Positions 1-12,570 of a stretch of 64,000 nucleotides of DNA are shown here, one piece after another. The notes beneath the pieces are model-generated. The model did not search any database, was not told the DNA's origin, and saw only the letters and a program-made list of their open reading frames with translations. Position numbers and translations under genes: made by a program. The stretch spans positions 21,702,001 through 21,766,000 of the forward strand of contig CM075989.1 of assembly GCA_038087875.1 (NCBI GenBank). Reading direction: 5' to 3'. This stretch comes from Malacoraja senta (Eukaryota). Position 1 is the first letter of the stretch. Each line of letters starts with the position of its first letter.

Positions 1-528
1 TCTAAAATCAATATATAGCACAGACAGGAAGTGGTCAAGCTGAGACTTTTAGTTATATAGATGCGCCAAACGCAGGCAGGTGGGACTAGTATAGCTGGGA
101 CATGTTGGCCAATGTGGGCTAGTTGGGCTGAAGGGCCTGTTTTCATGCTGTTTCATTCTATGTGGGATCTCTCATCTTTGGAATGTAAACTTTAGAGGCA
201 CCTTATCTTCCAAATGCCACAGAATAACCAGAAGTGCCATTTCTGTTCATCAAGGGAACCTAAATGTTCAGATGGGTGGACCTTATCTGAATGGTTTTAG
301 ACTTTACTTTGAACGTTAGAGATACAGCTCGGAAACAGACCCGTTAGCCCACCGAGTCCGCGCTGACCAGCGATCACCCCGTACACTAAAGGGGCTGTCC
401 CACTGCGGCGACCTAATCCGCCAGTTAAGAAGAGTGTCTTCGACTTTCAAGCTCGAGGGCACTCGCCTGGAAAACCTCGAGCTGGATCGACCGTCCGCGT
501 TGAAACCGCGAGCTGGATCGACCGACCG

Positions 529-728
<200 letters not shown>

Positions 729-842
729 AAGGCGGGGGCCAGGGAAAGCGGGGGAGCGCTGTCTGAATTTCACACCCGCAATGAAGGGGAAGGTGAAAGA
801 CGGCTGCCATAGTGTACGGTAAGTCCTTTAGAGAATGTGGAT

Positions 843-1056
843 GGGAGGGGGGGTGGAGAGAAGGGGAGAGAAGGGGAGAGAAGGAGAGAGAGAAGGAGAG
901 AGAAGGAGAGAGAGAAGGAGAGAGAAGGATAGAGAGAAGGAGAGAGAAGGGGAGAGAAGGGGGAGAAGGGGAGAGAAGGGGAGAGAAGGGGAGAGAAGGG
1001 GAGAGAAGGGGAGAAGGGGAGAGAAGGGGGAGAAGGGGGGGGGGACAGGAGTGGAG
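843..1056. repeat. Polypurine tract, (GGGGAGAGAA)n-like
   Basis: Direct inspection; lies inside the MITE. Confidence 0.95.
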
Positions 1057-2314
1057 ACACTTTAAAGAAGTTTAATACAGTTTAGCGGGCATTTAACCTA
1101 CCGGTCGGTTTTCCCTGGTCCTGAAAACTCCAATGAGCAAATCAAAATGCCCGGTCAGCAAAGGAGATTGCCTATGGCTGCCCTCGACTGCCTGTGACTA
1201 AATAGCGACCCCACTCCACTGCACTACGAGTCAAAAAGAACCATGCCGACCAAATTTTACTCGTGGAAAATTTTTCGACATGCTGAAAAAGTTTCCGCGA
1301 CCTAGCTGAGGCTGCGAGTATTCGGGAACTTCCCTCGAGCAGGAAGGAGAGTTCCTGTGACCTCATAGGACCTCCTAGGACCTCGTGTTGACCATGCTGC
1401 TAGTTTGAGTCGAGGGCAAACTCTTCTAAACTTGCAGATTAGGTCGCGGCAGTGGGACAGCCCCTTTACTTACACACACTAGGGACAATTTTTTACTACA
1501 TACCAACGCTAATTAACCTATAAACCTGTACGTCCTTGGAGCACCTGGAACCACACGGTTACGGGGAGAATGTGCAAACTCTATACACACAGCACCCATA
1601 GTATGGATCGAACCCGGGTCTCTGGCGCTATGAGGCAGCAACTCTACCGCTGCGCCACCGTGCCGCTCCATTTGTGCATTAAAGATAATAGTTGTTAGAA
1701 TACCTTAGCTCCACTCTCCTGCACAAACAATATTTTGTGATTCCCTTAAAATAAAAGTTTTACTGCATCTATCTTGAATATATTCTCTGACTGAGCCTGC
1801 ACAGTCCTTCTTGTTAAAGAATTCCGAAGGTTCCCTGCCAACAAGTGAAAAATGTCTCCTCATCTCTGACGGACGTGACCGATCTCTCATTCTGAGGCTG
1901 GGACCACCTGGCTCCATACATCTCAGCCAAGAGAAACATCACCTCTCCATACACCCTGTCACAATCCCTTTAGGTATTTTAATAGCCTATATATCGGCTT
2001 TGTGTGTTTTTTAGGAGTTTCCAATTACGATCTAATACGTATGTGCAGAACATTTGCGACATTAGCAGTTGTTTCTTAAGCTGCTCCAGCAGGCACAGTG
2101 TCCAGTTTCTTGGCGTGTATGTTCCTTGCCCTGCAAACCAGTTGCCCAGAAGGAGATATGTCTGCTCCTTACAGCTGTGCGTTGGAAATGTCGGCACAGA
2201 CACCATTAAATCCCTCAACACTCAACACATCTCCACCTCTGGACATCTCCGTCGATGCTGCATTCTCCCAAACACTTCTCCTTTTTAGGTTCCTCGGTCT
2301 ATTTCGGCAGAAAT

Positions 2315-2775
2315 AGTGGCGCAGCGGCAGAGTTGCTGCCTCACAGCGCTGGAGGCCCCCCGGTTCGAACCTGAACCCGGGATGCTGTCCGTACGGAGTT
2401 TGCAGCGGCCCGCATGGGTTTTCTCCGGGTGCTCCGGTTTCCGCCCGACATCCCAAAGACATTTAGGTTTGCAGGTTAATTGACTTCTGTAAATTGCCAA
2501 TTTGGAAACCTGACTTTCCGCGAGAATTTAAAAAATCTGACTACGGGTGCTGTCTGTGCGGAGTTTGCACGTTCTCCCCGAGGCAGTGTGGATTTTCTCC
2601 CGCTGCCCCGGTTGCCTGCCACACTCCAAAGATGAGCAGGTTTGTAGGTTAAGTGGCTTCTGTAAATTATCCCTAGTGTGTGTAGGATAGAACTGGTGTA
2701 CGGGGTGATCGCTGGTCGGTGCGGAGTCAGCGGGCCTAAGGGCCTCTTTCCACGCTGTAGCTGTTAAATAAACCA
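2315..2775 (+). mobile_element. Two adjacent HE1/V-SINE-type copies (3'-truncated, then 5'-truncated)
   Basis: A-box GTGGCGCAGCGG, B-box GGTTCGAACC, V-domain GGGTTTTCTCCGGGTGCTCCGGTTTCC; second V-domain at ~2560-2640 with tail. Confidence 0.85.
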
Positions 2776-3151
2776 AAGAAGCAAGCCACACATGGGCAGT
2801 AAAAGTTGGCAATTTCACTCGGGGAGATCACTTGTTGGCACAATCCCTTTGTTCACCTGACAAAGGTAAGAGTCATTACGCCAGGCCTTAGCTCCATGTA
2901 GCTTCCAGCAAGTGCAGTCCATGCCAAGAAATTTTAATGAGTTCCTTTTGCACAAAGCCTGTAATTAAAACAACTCTGGCTTTCATTAATCATAAAAGTG
3001 AACATGAATTCCGGTTAAAAAGTACAACTTTCATCCATTTTAAAGCCGTAAAATGCAAATGAATACAAACAATCATGTGTTTAGATTTTAAAAATGTACA
3101 AATGTGAGGGAAATAAGTGCTTAGGCAAAGGAGGAGCGATGAGAAGTGTCA

Positions 3152-3300
3152 GTTAGTTTAGTTTATTGCCACGTGCACCGAGGTTCAGTGAAAAACTTTT
3201 GCTGTGTGCTAATCAGTCAGCAGAAAGACTATGCATGATAACAATTGAGTGTTCCACAGTGTATAGATACAGGATGGAGGGAATAATGTTTAGTGCAAGA
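3152..3300 (-). mobile_element. Rex1/Babar LINE 3' tail fragment
   Basis: Matches the 3' end of the longer copy at 29506-29880. Confidence 0.7.
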
Positions 3301-3364
3301 CCACCCATGACAAATTATGGACCAAGCGCAGGCAGCTGGGACGAGTGTAGATGGGACATCTACT

Positions 3365-3847
3365 TGACCTCCCGGCTGATCTACATCGGTGAGACCAAGC
3401 GGAGGCTTGGCGATCGTTTCGCCGAACACCTCCGGTCGGTCTGCAATAACCAACTTGACCTCCCAGCTGGCTCAGCACTTCAACTCCCCCTCCCATTCCG
3501 TATCTGACCTCTCTGTCCTGTGTCTCCTCCATGGCCACAGCGAGCAACACCGTAAACTGGAGGAAATGCACCTCATATTCCGCTTGGGCAGTCTACATCC
3601 TGGGGGCTTGAACATTGAATTCTCCCAATTCTTCTAGCCCTTGCTGTCCCCTCCCCTTCATCAGCCCTCTGGTTGTCTCCTCCCCTCCCCCAGCCCTCGG
3701 GCTCCTCCTCCGCCTTTTTCCTTTTTTCCTTTCTTCTCCCCACCCCCTATCAGTCTGAAGAAGGGTTTCGGCCCGAAACGTTGCCTATTTCCTTCGCTCC
3801 ATATATGCTGCTGCACCCGCTGAGTTTCTCCAGCATTTTTGTGTACC
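3365..3847 (+). mobile_element. Penelope-like retroelement 3' fragment: frameshifted GIY-YIG endonuclease C-terminus plus hammerhead-bearing repeat
   Basis: LIYIGETKRRLGDRFAEHLRSV then LAQHFNSPSHS...LEEMHLIFRLGSLHPGGLNIEFSQF* in another frame; pyrimidine tract; hammerhead motif at 3755-3782. Confidence 0.85.
3755..3782 (+). ncRNA. Minimal type I hammerhead ribozyme motif (Penelope-type)
   Basis: CUGAAGA-A-GGGUU(UC)GGCCC-GAAACGUU: both conserved core boxes, helix II, palindromic ACGU in place of helix III. Activity untested. Confidence 0.7.
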
Positions 3848-4499
3848 GTAGATGGGACATGTTGTCCGGTGCGGGCAAGTTGGGCTGCAGGGCCTGTTTC
3901 CACACTGCATCACTCTATGACTCTAAATAAAAGGCAACTAAAGCTCTGATTTTGATCCAACCACTTGCTTGTGAGATTGTTAACTTTCCCAGACATTGTA
4001 GAAATAGTCTCCTACTTCCCTTCCATGTTGATGAGGCCCAACCCAGGCAACTACTTGTGTGCTACCCACAGAGGCAGATCCACAAACTCATATTACAATC
4101 GCTCCACACTTTTAAACCTTCAGCGACATTTCTTACTTTAACCATGATCTTCTTAAACTCCTCTCAGCTCTGCCCACTAAACCTGATTCCCTGATCACGT
4201 ATCTACAACACTGTGAACGGCTCGATTGTAATCGTGAATGGTCTTTCCGCTGACCGGTTAGCAGGCGACGAAAGCTTTTCACTGTACCTCAGTGCACGTG
4301 ACAATCAAAGAAGCTAAACTAAACTGAACTGATGTTATCATGGACTGGGAAAATAGTTACGCACTCGGGCTGGATTCCACAAAGGATTATAAAGAAATAA
4401 ACACATTTAAAAATTGCTGCTGTAGTTTTGATTTGAGGTGGATTACATTCCTTTCATACCGATTGTAAGCATTGCACATAAGCGCAGGATATGAATAAC

Positions 4500-4780
4500 A
4501 GTCATAGAATTATACCGTGTGGAAGCAGGCCCTTCGGCCCAACTTGCCCACCCAATCAAGGTGTCCCATCTACACCAGTCCCACCTGCCTGCGTTTGACC
4601 CATATCCCTCTAAACCTGTCCTATCCGTGTACTGTACTTGTCCAAAAGTTCCTTAAATGTTGCGATAGTCCCTGCCTCAACTACCTCCTCCGGTAGCTCG
4701 TTCCATACGCCCACCACCCTCTGTGTGAAAAAGTTACCCCTCGGATTCCTATTAAACCATTCCCTTCTCACGTTAAACCT
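4500..4780 (-). mobile_element. CR1 LINE 3' fragment
   Basis: RFNVRREWFNRNPRGNFFTQRVVGVWNELPEEVVEAGT, the CR1 ORF2 C-terminal motif, plus 3' UTR. Confidence 0.9.
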
Positions 4781-4898
4781 ATGATGATAATGATGCATGC
4801 ACTTTGTCAATCAGCACAAGTGATACACTTGATATCAAAAGAATAAAAGTCCACATAAACTGTAAAATGCAAGTTAATTGAAAGGATTCCATTTTCCC

Positions 4899-5207
4899 AG
4901 TTTAGTTATGAGATACAGTGTGGAAACAGTCCCTTCGGCCCACAGAGTCCGCGCCGACCAGCGATCCCCGCATATTAACACTATCCTACACACACTAGGG
5001 ACAATTTACGATTATATCAAACCAATTAACCTACAAACCTGTACGTCTTTGGAGTGTGGGAGGAAACCGGAGATCCAGGGGAAAACCAACCAGTTCACGG
5101 TCACGGGGAGAACGTACAAACTCTGTACAGACAGCACCCATGGCCAGGATCGAACCCGGGTCTCTGGCACTGTGAGGCAGCAACACTACCGCTGCGCCAC
5201 TGTGCCC
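4899..5207 (-). mobile_element. HE1/V-SINE-type SINE, near full length
   Basis: Head, V-domain and (CTAAA)n tail all present in reverse complement. Confidence 0.9.
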
Positions 5208-5993
5208 CCAGTTCAGGAACAACTTAGGGTCTGATGGTAGATTCTTTGATGCTGAGCAAGGATCCAACACCAACTCAAGGGTAGATCACAGTAGATAGAC
5301 CACTCAGTCTGAAGAAGGGTCCTGACCCGAGGCGTCGCCCGTCCACTCCCTCCGCAGATGCTGCCTGACCACTGAGTTCCTCCAGCACTTTGCATTTTGA
5401 TCACAGCACACAATCTACTGTTCCCTTGAGTACAATACCGAAGGAGAGATTCACTGTTGGAGTAACCACACATCAGATCAGAGATTAAACCAAGCATGGA
5501 CAGCGTGTGGCAGAAGATGTATCTTTATGCTCCCTTATTCAATAGGATCATGGATAATCTTTAACCTTAGTGCCACTTACTTGCACCAGCCCCATTTCCG
5601 TTGATTCCATTAAGAGCTGAAAAGACATCGATCTCAATCATGAACATCCTCAGTGCTTGAGTCTCCACAGACTCGTGGAAAGATAATTCCAAAGATTCAC
5701 CATGTTCTGGGTGAAGCAATTCCTCCTCTTGTCTATACTGGATTGCTTACAAAAACGTGTGAGCTTGTAGGTTAATTGGCCTCTAAATTGTCCCGAGCAT
5801 GTAAGTGGAATAACACAGAACTCGTGTGAACAGGTGAGCAATAGTCAGCGTGGATTTGAAGTCTCTGTTTCCGTGCTGTAGCGAGCATAGTGAATGTAGA
5901 TTCAAGTCCATGCTGACTCCCGATCACCTGCTCACACTAGTTCTGTATTATTCCTCTCTCACATCCACTCCCCACACACTCAGGGCAATTTAG

Positions 5994-6088
5994 GGTCTGA
6001 AGAAGGGTTTCGGCCCGAAACGTTACCTATTTCCTTCGCTCCATAGATGCTGCTGCACCCGCTGAGTTTCTCCAGCATTTTTGTGTAC
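5994..6088 (+). mobile_element. 95-bp Penelope-derived hammerhead insertion with 13-bp TSD
   Basis: CAGGGCAATTTAG at 5981-5993 and 6089-6101; intact core at 5997-6024; host is a minus-strand SINE. Confidence 0.85.
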
Positions 6089-6715
6089 CAGGGCAATTTA
6101 GAGGCTGATTTACCCACAAACTCGCACGTCTTTGGGATGCGGGAGGAAACCGGAGCACCCAGAGGACACCCTCGCAGTCACAGCGAGAACGTGTAAACTC
6201 CACACAGACAGCACAAGTTTATAGTCAAAGCATCAGTGGCAAAGGTGGAGGCTACAGGGGCAGCGCCAAGGTAGCAGGCTCGAATGAAAGATGGGGCACA
6301 AAACTGGAAAGCAGAGAGGAGGAGTTAAAAGATGTGTCACAAACTGATAGTGAGCGGGATGAGGCATCTTACAGGCACCCGACATAGGGGAACTGTCACT
6401 TACCACAATGTATAGCGGACTTGGCCTCGTGAATTGGAATATGGTGCAAAAGGCAACATTAAATCATGGTTAAGGCTGATAATGATCGCAGGTTAGCTCC
6501 ACAAGAATGATAAGGAGAACAGATAAGAGATTGCCTCTTCTGACAAGTGGATCAATAACTTGTCAGAAGCATAGATCCAAAGAGCCAGCGGGAAAAATGA
6601 AGGGATTTTGTTTACACTGGATTTCATGATCTGGTACATTAGGCCTGATAAGACATGGGAAGCAGATTCCAGAAATGATTTTGAAACAGATGTTGCCCAA
6701 ATCCTTGACGATTTA

Positions 6716-6950
6716 GTCAGAGGGTGGTGAATCTGTGGAATTCTTTGCCGTAGAAGGCTGTGGAGGCCACTTCAGTGGATATTTTTATGGCAGAGAGAGA
6801 TAGATAGATTCTTGATTAGTACGGGTGTCCGAGTTTATGGGGAGAAGGCAGGAGAATAGGGTTAGGAGGGTGAGATAGATCAGCCATGATTGAATGTTGA
6901 AGTAGACTTAATGGGCCGAATGGCCTAATTCTACTCCTTTCCCTTGTGAC
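6716..6950 (+). mobile_element. CR1 LINE 3' fragment
   Basis: SQRVVNLWNSLP motif and GATCAGCCATGATTGAATG-type 3' UTR. Confidence 0.85.
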
Positions 6951-7388
6951 CTCATTATCAGGTTGAGGGAAATGTTAGTGTATGGGAATGAATGCTCTTA
7001 TATAGTATATGCACAGACACAATGGGCCAAATGGCCTCCTTCTTCTGTGTAGTTGGCATTCTAAAAGGTACTAGCTCATTGTGTAAACGCTGGTCACAGA
7101 ATTCTCTCTGGAACAAAGTGAATAGATGATTAATAGCGTGAAGTGGACGCTCTGTTTCCATGCTGCAGCAGGCAAAGCTAGTGGAGATTAGAAATATTAG
7201 AACATAGAACAGTGGAGCACAAGAACAGGCCCAGTGATGCCGAGGCCATCTCTTATCTGCCTGCACATGTGTTAGGATAACCCTTACACTGCGATGGTTA
7301 AGAACAATATTAACCAAAATCAAAATGCTGTCTGTCACATTTTCTATCATCTTCTCCCCTTCACTAACAGCTTGTAACAAACCATGAG

Positions 7389-7985
7389 TGGCACGGTGGC
7401 GCAGCGATAGAGTTGCTGCCTTAAGGGCCTGTCCCACTTGCCGATTTTTTCGGCGACTGTTGGCATCATTGACTGACGTATCAGGTCACCGAAAAATTAG
7501 CGGCGTGATTTGGCTTGACGCCGGGTGATGCGGGGGAATGCGGCGTGATGACGTATTGACGCGGTGTTTTTCTAAGTGTCGCAACATTTTTTTTGTCGCC
7601 GCTGGTTTGTGAAATGTTCAAAATCTTTTGGCGACACTGATGTGACGCCGTCAATCGCCGAAAAAATCGGCAAGTGGGACAGGTCCTTTACAGCGCCAGA
7701 GACCCGGGTTCGATCCTGACTAAGGGGTGCTGTCTGTATGGAGTTTGCGCGTTCTCCCCGAGACCTGCTCGTGGGTTTTCTCCGGGTGCTTCCGGTTTCC
7801 TCCTACACTCCAAAGACGTGCAGGTTTGTAGTTTAATTGGCTTTGGTATAAATATAAATTGTCCCCAGTGCGTGTACGACAGTGTTAATGTACGGGGCGA
7901 TCGCTGGTTGGGTGCGGACTTGGCCAGGCTAAGGGCCTGTTTCCGTGCTGTATCTCTAAAACTAAACCGAACCAAACCAAACCAC
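7389..7985 (+). mobile_element. HE1/V-SINE-type SINE split by a MITE
   Basis: Removing 7424-7687 and one TTA restores GTTGCTGCCTTACAGCGCC. Confidence 0.9.
7424..7687. mobile_element. PIF/Harbinger-type MITE
   Basis: TIR AGGGCCTGTCCCACTTGCCGATTTTTTCGGCGA; exact TTA TSD; empty site reconstructable from SINE consensus. Confidence 0.9.
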
Positions 7986-9129
7986 AGATCTGGCAGATCA
8001 AGAAATGATGGGATATCTGTTAAAAACAAAAACAAGCCGCAACATAAGATCGAGATGACAAACTCCACAGGGTCACTTGGTTTTGCTTAGGTCATCTGTG
8101 CTACGCCAATCATTTTATCTATTTTATTAAGACCCACAGCAATAAAGTATATGAAATAATAAGTATAAAATGCTACTGACAGTTATGGCTAGGGAAGAGT
8201 AGAGGACATGCAATGTCATCAATATTACCTCCAGGTCACAAAATAACTCACCAGTTATTACTTATCGTACATCTGGTATGATGGTCTCTTTGCTCTTTGG
8301 CTACTGCTGACTTCAAGTGGTGGGTCGTGGTCCCAAGCTGTCTGCTGACTCAGGACAGCTTTATCAGTGTTTCCAGCGTTCTGCCTTGTTCCGCTGCGCC
8401 TTCATCTGCCTTTTACTGCTTTGTCTCGTGGGTCGTGACCTCTTGTCTCCTGCCTTGCCTGCAGCCTCTATCGTTCTCGTCCCCCCCCACCCCCGCGCGC
8501 TTTGGGAAAGCAAGGCGATAAAAGTGAAGGAACGCCACACACAGACAGAGGCCGGAATAATGGCAGGTTTTAAGCCAGCGAGGAGACCAGGCCCAATGGC
8601 AAATGATAGACCATGGAGGAGGATCGTAAAGAAAGATAAAATGGTTTCTGAACAACAACAACAAAATTGGTGCGAGCTGAGGGAAAACAAAGACAAACTG
8701 ATCTCACAAGGAATGAATTGTTTGGAATTTTCTGAAATGGATTTGGCAAGAAAAAGCTCTGAACAACACTGAGAACAAGAGCAAATGGAAAATAAAATTT
8801 ACAAACTAATTGTAGTGAAAATTTTAAAAGAAGCAGTAAGAGAGATGGGTAACTTAACAACTGCTAACATTGGGACCTGATCTCGACCCGAAACGTCACC
8901 CATTCCTTCTCTCCAGATATGCTGCCTGTCCCGCTGAGTTACTTCAGCATTTTGTGTCTATCTTCGATATAAAGCAACATCTGCAGTTCTTTCCTACACA
9001 TTGGGACCCGATATGTATACTTCAGCAGGTCCATGTCACTTTCTTGTATGTTGTCTGTTTAAGATCAGACAACATCAAGAGGTGGTGGGATTAGAAGAGA
9101 ATTATGCCACTGATCTTAATTTAAATTAA

Positions 9130-9435
9130 GGGCGGCACGGTGGCGCAACGGAAGAGTTGCTGCCTGACAGCACCAGAGACTCGGGTTCGATCCCGACCTC
9201 GGGTGCTGTCTGTACGGAGTTTGTACGTTCTCCCCGTGACCTGCGTGGGCTTTCTCCGCGATCTTCAGTTTCCTCCCACACTCCAAAGACGTACAGGTTT
9301 GCAGGTTAATCGGCTTGGTGTAAATGTAAATTGTCCCTAGTGTGTGTAGGATAGTGTTAGTGTGCAGGGATCGCTGGTCGGCGTGGACTCGGTGGGACGA
9401 AGGGCCTGTTTCCACGCTGTATCTCTAAATTCAAC
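9130..9435 (+). mobile_element. HE1/V-SINE-type SINE, full length
   Basis: A/B boxes, V-domain, CR1-like tail GAAGGGCCTGTTTCCACGCTGTATCTCT. Confidence 0.92.
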
Positions 9436-10039
9436 TACAATGCCCAATGTCTCTTTAGTTTGTTAAAACCAATGTCCGCCATGGATTCTGAAGGTGGCCA
9501 TTCAATGGCATTTGACACATGAGTTGAGCGATTTGGATGGTCTTCAAGAGCGTCTTTATGGCGGCATGGTGGCGCAGCGGAAGGGTTGCGGCCTTACAGT
9601 GCCAGAGTCCCGGGTTCCTGACTACGGGCGCTGTCTGTACGGAGTTTGTACTAAATTAGAAGCTACAGCATACAGTGATGAATCTCTTGAAATCTTTGCC
9701 CCTGTTTGTGGTGGAACTTGGATCATTAGTAATTAAAGTGGAGGTTCCTAAATAGTTGAAAGACCAACAAACAGAGGGGGATGGAAAAATGGCGCAGAAG
9801 AGAAGTTGAGGCCAGCATAGATCGTAGTAGTTTAGTTTAGAGATACAGCGCAGAAACAGGCCCTTTAGCCCGCCAAGTCCGCACCGACCAGCGATTCCTG
9901 CACACTAACACTATCCTACACACACTAGGGACAATTTACATATATAACCAAGCCTATTTAACCTACAAACCTGTACATCTTTGGAGTGTGGGAGGAAATC
10001 AAAGATCTCGGAAAAATCTTGAGTCAGTGCATGGTTAAT

Positions 10040-10390
10040 GTGGGCCACAATAGAGGGATATAAAATCATCAGGGGAGTAGAAAGGGTGAAGGGCTTTGTC
10101 CCATGGAAGGGGAATGAAGAACTAATGGACATAGGTTTTGGGTGAGAGGGGAAAGATGGGTATCAGCCAGGCACATTTTTCATCCAGTGAGCGGTGGGCA
10201 TCCGGAACAAGCTGCCAGACCAGGTAGTTGAGGCAGATACTATAACAGCATTTTAAAGGTATTTGGACAAGCACATGGATAGGAAATGTTTACCTGTTCA
10301 TGGGCCAAACACTGCTAAATGGGACTAGCATGTTGGTCAACAAGGACATATTGGGCTGAAGGGACTGCTCCTGTCATGTATGAGTCCATG
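10040..10390 (+). mobile_element. Diverged CR1 3' fragment
   Basis: YKIIRGVERV...RNKLPDQVVEA remnants and 3' UTR. Confidence 0.75.
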
Positions 10391-10452
10391 TTTGGGTGGC
10401 ACGGTGGCACAGCGGTAGAGTTGCTGCCTCACAGTGTCAGAGACCCGGGTTC

Positions 10453-11105
10453 TGTGGAAAGAATCAGATTTTCCCTGTTGGACAAACTGGAATTATTCGT
10501 TGGAACATGGTCTCCCTTTATTGATTATTTAAAGGGTCAGAATGGTTCAGCACAGGAACCTGACTAACACTCGGGCTAAAGAATGGATGAAATGTTATAC
10601 TCTGAAATGTACGAAGATATCTCGAACGAAGTTTTTTATCTAAATAAATGTTTCCATTCTTCTTTAACTATCTTTTTCTTTTCTGTTTTCTTTTTTTTTT
10701 TTTTTTTTCTTCTTTTTTTTTTCTTTCTCTGTTCTTTCTTTACTTCATCTATCTTTTTAGTTCTATCTAGTTTAAAAAAAACAAAAAAAGGCAAAAGGTA
10801 TTGGAGACAATGTAATAATAATTGACAATATTATCAATTTAAAAATGTAAGACTGGTAATGATGATAATATGTTAAAGAAGGAACTGCAGATGCTGGAAA
10901 ATCGAAGGTACACAAAAATGCTGGAGAAACTCAGCGGGTGCAGCAGCATCTATGGAGCGAAGGAAATAGGTAACGTTTCGGGCCGAAACCCTTCTTCAGA
11001 CGATGATAATATGTTGATAATATGTTGTGTACTTATCTCCAAATGATGATAATATGTTGTGTACTTATCTCCAATAAAAAATATTTTCAAAAAAAAAAAA
11101 AAAAA
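10453..11105 (+). mobile_element. 5'-truncated L1-clade LINE with poly(A) and 14-bp TSD
   Basis: TSD AGAGACCCGGGTTC (10439-10452, 11106-11119); VERIRFSLLDKLELFVGTWSPFIDYL resembles fish L1 ORF2 C-termini; T-rich UTR, AATAAA, poly(A). Confidence 0.8.
10875..11001 (-). mobile_element. Penelope-derived hammerhead insertion with 14-bp TSD inside the L1 UTR
   Basis: GATGATAATATGTT at 10861-10874 and 11002-11015; intact core on the minus strand. Confidence 0.85.
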
Positions 11106-11857
11106 AGAGACCCGGGTTCGATCCTGACTACGGGTGCTGTCCGTGCGGAGTTTGTACGTTCTCCCCGTGACCACGTGGGTTTTCCCCCAGTGGTGCAGTT
11201 TCCTCCCACACTCCAAAAACGTACAGATTTGTAGGTTATTTGGCTTTGGCAAGTTGTGAAATGTTGCCCAGTGCGTGTGGGTTAGTGTTTGGGGTGATCG
11301 CTGGTCGTCAGGGACTCGGTGGGCTGAAGGGCCTGTTTCCGCGCTGTGTCTCTAACGTCTGAAGACTCTGTCTAATATTTAATGACACTTCTTCAAAAAT
11401 TGGTTGAGCCGGGATGATGGTCTTCTTATTGCAGCCTACATGTGGGAACCGTGACGAAAGTGATTCTGTTTCTTGTCCTCATTAGATCTGAAGGATGGCT
11501 TCACAAATGACATTGTTTGCTTTGCTGATGACATCACCTGCTACAAAGCAGTTAATTCTCTGTTAGTGAGATGAGTGCGGACTGAAGCAGAGCAGAGAAA
11601 TGTGGACAGAATTGGACAGAAGACAGACTAATTACGCATTATCTGCTGGACTGATAGGAATATGTCATTAACCCTGTTCCAAAGCTAGACTGGGATGTTT
11701 CTCATCAAACACCTCCCACCCTCCCCAGCCATTGGAAACTCAACTCTACTCACTGGGAAAGATTCATTCCTTCAGTTATCTACAGTGCATCAAGGCAAAA
11801 ATCCACTCCCCACTCCCCAGGGGCAATTTGCACAGGCCAGTTAACCTACAAACACGT

Positions 11858-12093
11858 GTTAAAGAAGGAACTGCAGATGCTGGAAAATCGAAGGTACACA
11901 AAAATGCTGGAGAAACTCAGCGGGTGCAGCAGCATCTATGGAGCGAAGGAAATAGGCAACGTTTCGGGCCGAAACCAAAAGGAAATAGGCAACGTTTCGG
12001 GCCGAAACCCAAGGGTTTCGGCCTGAAACGTTGCCTATTTCCTTCGCTCCATAGATGCTGCTGCACCCGCTGAGTTTCTCCAGCATTTTTGTG
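11858..12093. mobile_element. Fold-back Penelope-derived element with 33-bp internal repeat and 15-bp TSD
   Basis: TSD AACCTACAAACACGT (11843-11857, 12094-12108); inverted arms; two 33-bp units. Confidence 0.85.
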
Positions 12094-12156
12094 AACCTAC
12101 AAACACGTACGTCTTCGGGATGTGGGGGAAAACCGGAGCACCCGGAGGAGACCCAC

Positions 12157-12570
12157 TCTGGAGTTTGAAAGGATGAGGGGGGATCTTATAGAAACATATA
12201 CAATTATAAAAGGACTGGACAAGCTAGATGCAAGAAAAATGTTCCCTATGTTGGGCGAGTCCAGAACCAGGGGCCACAGTCTTAGAATAAAGGGGAGGTT
12301 ATTTAAGACTGAGGTGAGAAACAACTTTTTCACCCAGAGAGTTGTGAATTTGTGGAATTCCCTTCCACAGAGGGCAGTGGAGGCCAAATCACTGGATGGA
12401 GTTAAGAGAGAGTTAGATAGAGCTCTAGGGGCTAGTGGAGTCAAGGGATATGGGGAGAAGGCAGGCACGGGTTATTGATAGGGGATGATCAGCCATGATC
12501 ACAATGAATGGCGGTGCTGGCTCGAGGGGCCGAATGGCCTTCTCCTGCACCTATTTTCTATGTTTCTATG
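12157..12570 (+). mobile_element. CR1 LINE 3' fragment inserted in a minus-strand SINE
   Basis: LEFERMRGDLIETYTIIKGLDKLD...FFTQRVVNLWNSLPQRAVEA...GYGEKAGTGY*, then UTR ending TTCTATGTTTCTATG. Confidence 0.93.

Larger units (their letters stand above)
10396..11360 (+). mobile_element. HE1/V-SINE-type SINE split by an L1 insertion
   Basis: Head at 10396-10452, remainder at 11106-11360. Confidence 0.88.

Noticed and set aside
5309..5336. Active hammerhead
   Set aside because: Conserved GAAA is mutated to GAGG; similar core damage at ~25518 and ~43997.
5770..5960. Hairpin-like inverted repeat
   Set aside because: Explained by two tail-to-tail SINE copies.
8297..8772. 151-aa ORF in unique sequence
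   Set aside because: No recognisable domain or convincing splice structure.
9130..9200. tRNA gene
   Set aside because: A/B boxes are the tRNA-derived head of a SINE, followed by V-domain and LINE-like tail.
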